A DNA stretch of 34,410 nt from Desulfobacterales bacterium (GTDB taxonomy: Bacteria > Desulfobacterota > Desulfobacteria > Desulfobacterales > UBA11574), in the NCBI GenBank assembly GCA_012974475.1, contig JAAXQD010000119.1, positions 1 to 34,410 on the forward strand. The letters are read 5' to 3'. This document shows, in pieces, positions 9,722-17,216 of this stretch (the stretch's first letter is position 1; the number at the start of each line of letters is the position of its first letter). The notes beneath the pieces are model-generated. The model saw only the letters and a program-made list of their open reading frames with translations, did not search any database and was not told where the DNA came from. The translations under genes and the position numbers were made by a program.

Positions 9722-10374
9722 CTGCAATGGTCATGGCCACCCTGCTCGAAGCAAAACCGTTTGTTCAGGGAATGTCTTTGAAGGAAACCCGGAACACACC
9801 GTTTCGGCTATTTCAAAATGATGATGTTCTCTTGATAATTTCGGGCATCGGCAAAGCAAATGCAGCCATGGCAACCGCCTACTGCTGTCACAAGTATACG
9901 CCTGCCTGCATCTGCAATCTGGGTGCGGTGGGAGCAGCAGGCATTGGCCATTCTCTGGGTGAAATATTTCACATTGATGAAATTATCGAATACGACAGAC
10001 CTGAACTGAAATCGGGAACACCCCGTATTCATAAACCGGATACTATAGATGGGTTCCGGACCGCAAAACTCGCCACCAGCGACCGAGCGATTCTTGCTCC
10101 AGAAGAACGAAAAAAAATCTCCAAAAATGCCGACCTGATCGATATGGAAGGGGCCTCAGTGGTTCAGGCGTGCAGGAAGTTCCGGACAAAGTGCTTTATG
10201 TTTAAATTTGTCAGTGACACACCGGAGCATACAAGAAGTGAAAATATCGTTGAAAATATCAGAGGGTATCGCGCTTTTTTTTACGAGTATGTTTGGGATT
10301 CCGTGATGCCTTTTTTACATAGCAATTTTATTATTGAATCACAAAAGCACCTCGGCTTCCATCCGGCAGAGTGA
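9703..10374 (+). CDS. MTA/SAH nucleosidase family protein; probable (amino)futalosine nucleosidase (MqnB step)
   Basis: AT..E, GIGKANAA, NLGAVG, DMEGA, KFVSD; last gene of the mqn cluster, overlapping mqnD. Confidence 0.78.
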   Translation: MEKNFVTAMVMATLLEAKPFVQGMSLKETRNTPFRLFQNDDVLLIISGIGKANAAMATAYCCHKYTPACICNLGAVGAAGIGHSLGEIFHIDEIIEYDRPELKSGTPRIHKPDTIDGFRTAKLATSDRAILAPEERKKISKNADLIDMEGASVVQACRKFRTKCFMFKFVSDTPEHTRSENIVENIRGYRAFFYEYVWDSVMPFLHSNFIIESQKHLGFHPAE

Positions 10375-10419
10375 AGCAAGCGGTTACGCGCAACCCATCT
10401 TTTGGAATGAAAAACAGCC

Positions 10420-10707
10420 TTATTTACCACAGCATTTTTTATGCTTAATGCCGCTTCCGCACGGGCAGGGGTCATTGCGCCCGACTTTCTTTTCGGAGAC
10501 CTGTGGTTTTGGCGGATTCAATAATCTTTCTAAATCGGTAATATCTTCCGGTTTATCCGGTTCCAATCCGATTGTATATTGCCACCCGTTTTCTTCAAAG
10601 ATTGATGCGACTTCTTTCAATCTATCTTCTGTTTGTACACAAACAACAGCAGGGTTCTTTTCAGTACCCAATTTTCCCGTCTTTTTACCATTGAATATTT
10701 TTGCCAT
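10420..10707 (-). CDS. SWIM/SEC-C metal-binding motif protein (PBPRA1643-like)
   Basis: [16 protein letters not shown]-terminus; C-terminal [19 protein letters not shown]. Confidence 0.88.
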   Translation of the reverse strand: MAKIFNGKKTGKLGTEKNPAVVCVQTEDRLKEVASIFEENGWQYTIGLEPDKPEDITDLERLLNPPKPQVSEKKVGRNDPCPCGSGIKHKKCCGK

Positions 10708-10969
10708 TTTTTCACCGATAAATAAATATTATAGGATTCATCTGCCGCCTAACGAAGAGCGTTTATCCATTATCCCATAAAACCTTAAACTTGGAAATAT
10801 AAAAAATCAAGCTGTTAAAGCGGATGATCTCGTAAAAAGTGCAGACTTAATCTCTTCATGGAATCGACAGGGTCAATCATTTCCTGCCCAAGCATTGAAA
10901 TTATCAATTTTACATATCGTCTATCCTTATACTATATATCTCCCATTTAAAATCTGAAGTTTCCTGCAG

Positions 10970-11027
10970 CCCCGTGAAACTGGATTTACGCCCAGTTAAA
11001 CCGAAAAGACAGATTGTTTTCACGGGG
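10970..11027. repeat. Nested inverted repeat (REP/MITE-like)
   Basis: CCCCGTGAAA (10970-10979) / TTTCACGGGG (11018-11027); overlapping inner IR AACTGG/CCAGTT (10978-10997). Confidence 0.6.
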
Positions 11028-11086
11028 TAAACTTCGCGTCAATACGCTTGCGGGGTATGCCATCGCTGTTGCAGTTCATGTCAGTG

Positions 11087-11111
11087 TGAAATGTAACCGC
11101 TTAACATTTCA
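11087..11111. promoter_or_regulatory. Palindromic operator candidate upstream of the MauE-rhodanese genes
   Basis: TGAAATGT-N9-ACATTTCA, perfect 8-bp AT-rich arms. Confidence 0.4.
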
Positions 11112-11168
11112 AGGGCATTTTGGCTTCATCGGGGTGTAAAATCCAACCTGAATCTGGAAAATTTGGAA

Positions 11169-11708
11169 ATGATACATTCAACAATGAGTGAAGCAGGCGG
11201 AACGTTCGCCGGCCGAAAAAATGAAGGGCTTGCCGCCCTGAAAAATTTCTTTTCATCTATCTTTATCTATCGATCATTTCGTATCTTGCTGAGTGCCATT
11301 TTTTTATGGTCCGGGATTTCCAAGCTGATGGACCCTAATTATTTTGCTCTTATAATAGATGGTTATGGTTTGTTAACCGATCCATTGACCATGCCGGCGG
11401 CCATAGTCTTCTCCATAATAGAAGTTCTCGCGGGACTGGGACTCTTGGTCGATATCCGTGGATCTCTGGCTGTCGTCACCGGACTGTTGGCGTCATTTAT
11501 GGTGATTTTGAGTTATGGTATCTGGCTGGGACTCGATGTCGATTGCGGGTGTTTTGCTCCCGAAGATCCGGAATCCGAGGCCTTTCGTGGGTTGCGATCG
11601 GCCCTTTTACAGGACATTGCCATGATGTTGGTTATCTTTCACCTTTATTTTTGGCGTTATCGCCAAAGCATGGCACCCAAACCGTTAACAAATCTTTTTA
11701 GAAGCTAA
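11169..11708 (+). CDS. MauE/DoxX-family membrane protein with CGC motif
   Basis: R.LL..IFLWSGISKL.DP..F, EVLAGLGLL, GLDVDCGCF; about four TM helices; start uncertain (11163/11169/11184). Confidence 0.85.
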   Translation: MIHSTMSEAGGTFAGRKNEGLAALKNFFSSIFIYRSFRILLSAIFLWSGISKLMDPNYFALIIDGYGLLTDPLTMPAAIVFSIIEVLAGLGLLVDIRGSLAVVTGLLASFMVILSYGIWLGLDVDCGCFAPEDPESEAFRGLRSALLQDIAMMLVIFHLYFWRYRQSMAPKPLTNLFRS

Positions 11709-11722
11709 AAAAAGAAGGCGGC

Positions 11723-12259
11723 GTGATGATTCGAATGGGAAAACTTATTTTCGGTTTTATGGCCGTCGGACTCTTTCTGATGCAACCGGCAAATCCGGCA
11801 TTCGCCAAAAACAAATTTGAAAAAGAGGTCGTAAAAGAGCAGGAAGCCGTCAAGTTGGTCCGTGAAGTTCAGCAGGGCGGTTACGACGTGATCACAGCCA
11901 AGGAGCTTAAAGGCCTGATCGATTCCGGCAAGGATATTCTTATTATCGACACCATGCCCTATGATGCCAGTTATAAAAAAACGCATGTCCCTGGTGCAAA
12001 GCAGTTTTTGTTTCCCATTCCCGAGATGAAAACGTGGGATACCAAAGAGACGGATGGCAAAACCCTTGACGATTTCAAGGCGCTGCTCGGTCCCGACATG
12101 TCAAAAACCATCGTCATCTACTGCGGATTCGTCAAATGTACCCGAAGCCACAATGGGGCCATGTGGGCCCAGAAGCTGGGCTACAAAAATGTTTTCCGAT
12201 TTCCCGGGGGAATTTTTGCCTGGAAAGGTGCCAAATACCCCATAGAAAAAGTAAAATAA
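11723..12259 (+). CDS. Exported rhodanese-like domain protein
   Basis: Signal peptide ending PAFA; IIDTMP, HVPGA, active-site loop YCGFVKCTRS, GGIFAW. Confidence 0.88.
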   Translation: MMIRMGKLIFGFMAVGLFLMQPANPAFAKNKFEKEVVKEQEAVKLVREVQQGGYDVITAKELKGLIDSGKDILIIDTMPYDASYKKTHVPGAKQFLFPIPEMKTWDTKETDGKTLDDFKALLGPDMSKTIVIYCGFVKCTRSHNGAMWAQKLGYKNVFRFPGGIFAWKGAKYPIEKVK

Positions 12260-12556
12260 GGATTCAAAATGGGTTTAGGACACACACCTCCAACCCGTGA
12301 TATTTCAAGTTCGGGGTAATATGTCTTTAAAAATTTATTATGATACGACCGAACCCAAAAAATTTCCGTTTGGACCGCAGGGTGGAAGCACTGATTAAGA
12401 AAATCCGGCAATTGCCCGACACGCTTCAATCCTAAGCGACTGTTTTATATTTTACCGATGGAATACCCTACACCACTTTGATGAAATATCTTGACCTTAG
12501 CATTAAAGTAGAAGAAGAATAGCATACAACAATTCCAACCATGGAGCATTCATACA

Positions 12557-13615
12557 GTGAAACTGAACCTTTTCAAAAAGCCGACCCTGCTAAGTCTGTC
12601 AAAAACGTGCGGTTGAGCCGCAAAAATCGACCCGGTCGGGCTCGGAAATTTGTTGGCAGGTCTACCCAAAAACGAAGATCCCAACTTGTTGGTGGGCTAT
12701 GAAACCAGTGATGATGCCGGCATTTATCGATTGACCGACGACCTCGCCGTCATTATGACTGCCGATTATATTACGCCACCGGTAAACGATCCGTATGTAT
12801 TCGGCCAGATTGCGGCCGCCAACGCCATCAGCGATGTTTATGCCATGGGCGGTCGTCCTATCGCCTGCCTTAATCTGGTCAGTTTTCCCGCTAAGAAGCT
12901 GCCTTTTGATGTCCTGCACCAAATCGTCGCCGGCGCTTTAAGCAAGATTACCGAAGCAGGAGCGGTGCTGGCAGGGGGGCATTCCATCGAAGACGAAGAA
13001 CCCAAATTCGGGTTGGCGGTGACCGGCGTCGTACATCCCGACAAGTTCTGGACCAACCGGGGCGCCCGGCCAGGAGATGTGTTGATTCTCACCAAACCCA
13101 TCGGAAGCGGCGTACTGTTTAATGCCAATTTGAAACAATGGGTCTCCAAGAAGGCCATGGATGCCTGTGTGGCAGCCATTTCAACCCTCAACCGAACCGC
13201 TGCTGAGGTCATGGCGGGTTTCGACATACATGCCGCAACCGATGTAACCGGATTCGGACTGTCCGGACACGGCTTTGAAATGGCCAAAGCTTCTGAAGTC
13301 TGTTTGGAAATCGAAGTTTCCCGTTTGCCGATCATGGACGAGGCACTGGCGGTCTATAAAAAAGGGATGAGAACCAGCGTAAATGCTGACAACAGAAAGA
13401 TGGTGGAAAAATATATGCGGTTTGAGGCCGATCTCCCCATCTGGCACCAAGAGATTGTATTTGACCCGCAAACCAGCGGCGGCCTTTTAGTGGCGCTATC
13501 CGAAGCCCAGGGAGAAGACCTCATCAACGCCTTAGGCGCAGCAGGCGTGGCCGCGGCAAAAATCATCGGTCGCATTCGTGAAGTGAAAGCGGCGACGTAT
13601 CTGGTATTTAAGTAA
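12557..13615 (+). CDS. selD: Selenophosphate synthetase SelD, selenocysteine-containing (UGA at codon 20)
   Basis: GTG 12557 after GGAG, in frame with ORF 12650: MKLNLFKKPTLLSLSKTCG-TGA(12614-12616)-AAKIDP; SDDAGIY, ANAISDVYAMGG, GGHS, TDVTGFG, DPQTSGGLL. Confidence 0.95.
12627..12645 (+). promoter_or_regulatory. Bacterial SECIS element of selD
   Basis: TCGA-CCC [GGTC] GGG-(C)-TCGG; the stem starts 10 nt after UGA and a G-leading apical loop starts 17 nt after UGA. Confidence 0.75.
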
Positions 13616-13625
13616 AGAATCCGGT

Positions 13626-14036
13626 CTAAAGACCCTCTACTTTCTCGGCGATAATCTTGGGCAAAGGTATCGCCTTCCAGGTATGATCGATGGCCACAAA
13701 GGTAACACTCCCTTCCGCCAGCAAGCGAGTTTCTGGAGGTCGATAAAAATGGAACTGAAAAATGATGGCTTTTTCCCGGATCTCTTTGATGGAGGTATGC
13801 ATCTCTAGCAAATCCCCATAATAGGCCGGGGCTAAAAAATGGCAGTCGGCAGCCACTTTGGGCATACCGAATTTTTCTTCCTTGTTTCGAAAAAAAGTGC
13901 CGGGGTTTATGCCGATATGACGCAGGAATTCTTCAATGCCCTGATGAAAATATCTGAAATAGGCGACGAAGTAAACAACACCATAGGGATCGGTATCACC
14001 AAAACGAACCTGAACTTGGGTTTTATGAACGAGCAT
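13626..14036 (-). CDS. 4HBT/YbgC-family acyl-CoA thioesterase
   Basis: VRFGDTDPYGVVYF..YF signature; F.APAYYGD. Confidence 0.88.
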   Translation of the reverse strand: MLVHKTQVQVRFGDTDPYGVVYFVAYFRYFHQGIEEFLRHIGINPGTFFRNKEEKFGMPKVAADCHFLAPAYYGDLLEMHTSIKEIREKAIIFQFHFYRPPETRLLAEGSVTFVAIDHTWKAIPLPKIIAEKVEGL

Positions 14037-14159
14037 TTTTCCCTCCTGTAGATTACAACATAACTATTTTCTTGAAAAATTTATGCGTTGTGTTTAGAAG
14101 TTTGCAAAGGATTCAAATTTCCAAACGATTGTGGTTATAAATACAACAAAGAGGTCATG

Positions 14160-15056
14160 ATGCGATTTTTCAAACATTCTATTCTGGTCTGCCTGCTTGT
14201 CTTTATGTACATAAACCCGCCGGCCCGGGCGGCTGGAGATATCGGGGTAGAGCTGGTTCGCCTGAAAACCACCGATGGAATACCGCTAACCGGTGTGATG
14301 CGAACGCCCCATAAGGCCCAAAAAAATGCCGGGGTGGTCATGATTCACGGCTACAGCGGCAATTTTTATTCGGGCATCATGAGCTTTCTCCCGAAAGCAC
14401 TTGCAGATCGAGGGTTTACCACCCTTGCCCTCAATATGCGTGATCATGACCGGGGTCCCAAAAAGAACCGTTTTGAAGACAACCGCCATGACATTGCAGC
14501 GGCAGTCCATAAAATGGCACAACTTGGATATAACTCCATCTTTCTCTACGGTCACAGCATGGGAACCAACCGGGTCTTATACTATCTGGCGAAAACCGGA
14601 GATTCCAGGATTAAAGGCGTGCTTTTAACCGGTCCTCCGGGCAATCTGTTCGAGTGGAATATTCATATATTCGGTATCGAAACTGCAACCCGCGTTCTCC
14701 GCCAGGCACAAGATCTGGTGGCCAATGGAAAAGGAGGCCAATGGATGCTCATCGATCTCGGCCCTTTGGGGAAGGCGCTTTACACCGCCGAGCACGTTGT
14801 GAGCCTTAGAGGACCGAATACAGTCTCTGATCCATACTGGAACATCGCCCGAATTTCCAAACCGGCTTTCATTGTTCACGGCCTTGCTGACCGACTGGCC
14901 AATCCTGACATTGCTGACCGGCTCCGAAGCAGCGGAACGTCCGCCTCCGAGGTGACGGTGCTCAAAATACCCGACGCCAATCACCGTTTCAGCAATCACC
15001 AAGAAACGCTTGCGAACGTTCTATCCCGGTGGATGATTGAGCAGATCAATCCTTAA
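14160..15056 (+). CDS. Exported alpha/beta hydrolase
   Basis: Signal peptide ending PARA; IHG oxyanion motif, GHSMG nucleophile, G.AD, ANH triad; ATG 14160 after GAGG. Confidence 0.85.
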   Translation: MRFFKHSILVCLLVFMYINPPARAAGDIGVELVRLKTTDGIPLTGVMRTPHKAQKNAGVVMIHGYSGNFYSGIMSFLPKALADRGFTTLALNMRDHDRGPKKNRFEDNRHDIAAAVHKMAQLGYNSIFLYGHSMGTNRVLYYLAKTGDSRIKGVLLTGPPGNLFEWNIHIFGIETATRVLRQAQDLVANGKGGQWMLIDLGPLGKALYTAEHVVSLRGPNTVSDPYWNIARISKPAFIVHGLADRLANPDIADRLRSSGTSASEVTVLKIPDANHRFSNHQETLANVLSRWMIEQINP

Positions 15057-15628
15057 TATAATTGTTCTAATTCATGGATAAGTCTTTTAATTTCTTTTTT
15101 TGTCAATTTAAGTTTAACTTTTCCTCCGCCGGGATGGGCAAGACTTAACGTACAGCCATCTCTATGTTCATCCACCCCCCATTTTTGTCCTTTGGGAAAT
15201 ACAGCGGATTTGTCCAGCCAGTCGTCCGGGTCAAATTCTGCAATCTGGATGAGAACGCCGAAGGCATCTTTGGGATGAATAAAGATCTCCTTCCAGAAAT
15301 CGGCATATTCATTATACCCGAAATAAGGAATATTATGATCCTCCAGCTTCTGCATGGCTTTTTGGATATCCGGGGCCTGCAGGGAAATATGGTGAAGGCC
15401 GCCGTTTTTATTTTTTTTAAAAAAATTGGACAGAAAACTTTCCTCCCCGGTAGAACTTATCAACTCGAGACGAGAGAGGTCTCCAAATGAAAAAATTTGC
15501 CAATGATATTTCAATTTATGGTTTTTATCGCCCGCGCCGGGGATCGCCCCGAGTATATCTTCAAAAAAATGGCGTGCTTTTGCATAATCATTCGCGGCGA
15601 TTGAGATATGGTCGATCCTTGAAATCAT
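15053..15628 (-). CDS. VOC-family protein, methylmalonyl-CoA epimerase-like, with C-terminal extension
   Basis: IDHISIA, LELI, GLHHISL, FIHPKDAFGVLIQIAE. Confidence 0.82.
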   Translation of the reverse strand: MISRIDHISIAANDYAKARHFFEDILGAIPGAGDKNHKLKYHWQIFSFGDLSRLELISSTGEESFLSNFFKKNKNGGLHHISLQAPDIQKAMQKLEDHNIPYFGYNEYADFWKEIFIHPKDAFGVLIQIAEFDPDDWLDKSAVFPKGQKWGVDEHRDGCTLSLAHPGGGKVKLKLTKKEIKRLIHELEQLY

Positions 15629-16429
15629 TTAAGAACTCTCTTGAAGACTGTTTCGAACTTGAGAGTAAATACCCGGAGCCATAACCAGAAGGCGGTCATT
15701 GATCTTTTGCCCATTCAGATATTCATTGATGAAAAAGTCGCTCCCATCCATCTTGCAGATTTTTCCGCCGGCCGCCTCAAGAATAATGCCGGCGGCTGCA
15801 AGATCCTGATAGGACTCATTGGCGATCACGGCAGCTTCTGCACGACCCATGGCCACATAACATATGTGGGCGCCGGTGCAGCCCAGATCGCGGATTTTTC
15901 CCGGAAATGTTGAACGGTAACGGTGGTGAAATCGTGAATACGTGAAGAGAAGGCTCTCGTCGTTGATATTCTTCATATCTGAAACGCGAATTTCTTCATC
16001 TCCCAGAAAAGCATTTTGGTCGGCCCGTGCATGAAAAAGATCGCCGGTTGCAGGCATGTAAAACACGCCGAAAATCGGCCAGAAATTTTCAATGAGCGCC
16101 AGAGAGATACCCCATATGGGAATGCCCGCCTGAAAGTTGGCCACACCGTCCAATGGATCGAATATCCAGATATAGCGCTTTTCATCATGGGTATAATCCG
16201 TGTTCGTTTGATTGTTTTTAAACACCTGGTGTTCAGGAAAACGATTGTCCAGTTGATCCTGAAAAAATTCCATCAGGTGGGAATCCGCCTCTGTAACAAG
16301 ATCTTCGTCGAATTTAATACGGGAATTCCCTTTGCCATAATACAACAGCGCCTCTTCACCTGAACGGCGGATCACTTCCATTGCGAATTGAGTCAACACT
16401 TCAATCCCATGACGTTTTTTAGCAGTCAT
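15629..16429 (-). CDS. Inositol monophosphatase family protein (divergent active site)
   Basis: DLVTEAD, WIFDPLDG.ANF, YVAMGR, DLAAAGIILEAAGG; GGAGG RBS. Confidence 0.85.
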   Translation of the reverse strand: MTAKKRHGIEVLTQFAMEVIRRSGEEALLYYGKGNSRIKFDEDLVTEADSHLMEFFQDQLDNRFPEHQVFKNNQTNTDYTHDEKRYIWIFDPLDGVANFQAGIPIWGISLALIENFWPIFGVFYMPATGDLFHARADQNAFLGDEEIRVSDMKNINDESLLFTYSRFHHRYRSTFPGKIRDLGCTGAHICYVAMGRAEAAVIANESYQDLAAAGIILEAAGGKICKMDGSDFFINEYLNGQKINDRLLVMAPGIYSQVRNSLQESS

Positions 16430-16490
16430 CTGCCCTCCTTATTTAAACGTGCCGATCCATCTTTATAAAAAGTGGAATGAATTAAAAAAC

Positions 16491-16793
16491 CTAAAAATCT
16501 CCCAGGGGCCTTTTAAAGGTAAATTGGGCGGGATCTTTCACCAGCTTTTGGGATGCTTCTTTGGTATTGTTCCCCAAGGCCGAGAAGGGGAGAGATACAA
16601 TAAAAACGGCGCATCCCAAAACGGTGGCAACGATTCCCAACGGTCTGACAAGCACAAGATCAGCGGTCATGGCGCCGGCGGTATTTTTCTCATCCAGGGA
16701 CGCCTCCCGTGCCAAAACGGAAGTCCCCATTGGAACCAGAACAAGCGTTGCAATCAAAAAAAATACCATGGATTGTTTTGCAATTTTATGCAT
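16491..16793 (-). CDS. Small membrane/exported protein with two RPLG motifs
   Basis: AAGGAGG RBS; signal peptide; DLVLVRPLG, hydrophobic segment, FTFKRPLGDF. Confidence 0.8.
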   Translation of the reverse strand: MHKIAKQSMVFFLIATLVLVPMGTSVLAREASLDEKNTAGAMTADLVLVRPLGIVATVLGCAVFIVSLPFSALGNNTKEASQKLVKDPAQFTFKRPLGDF

Positions 16794-17124
16794 ATTCTCC
16801 TCCTTAAATCGGTTGTAGAATTTCCGAGATGTTTATTTTATCTCCTTTTTTCGGGTGTTAATATAAAGTTGTGGTGCTGATAGCCCAGGCAGGATATTTG
16901 GATTTTTTTCGGGTGTGCGTTTTGAGAGTATGATGACGTTAATTTTTTGAAAACCGACGATGCGCATAACTTATTTAGAAATGGTTGAAAAATATCGACA
17001 TTAACGCTATATTTTGGAAGGTTTTATAAAGAACGCTGCACGATTTTATCCGATTTCAATTGCAATGGGATTGAATCGAAATGTTTTTAAAATATCTAAT
17101 TTTCACGGATAGTTTCCAGATAAC

Positions 17125-17153
17125 AGCTTAAAGAAAAGCCGGTTGGCTGTCAA
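17125..17153 (-). promoter_or_regulatory. Putative sigma70 promoter divergent from priA
   Basis: Minus strand TTGACA (17153-17148), 17-nt spacer, TAAGCT (17130-17125). Confidence 0.55.
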
Positions 17154-17216
17154 GAAAAAAGCCACCGCTTACCATCATGCTTTCTTTATACCCATAACAA
17201 CAAGGCACTTAGCCCA

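Noticed and set aside
10334-10780. 148-aa plus-strand ORF
   Set aside because: Antisense shadow of the SEC-C motif gene
12299-12490. 9-bp inverted repeat GATATTTCA/TGAAATATC bracketing the rhodanese-selD gap, possible MITE remnant
   Set aside because: Too short and AT-rich, with no target duplication or second copy in the window; it would need a genome-wide search
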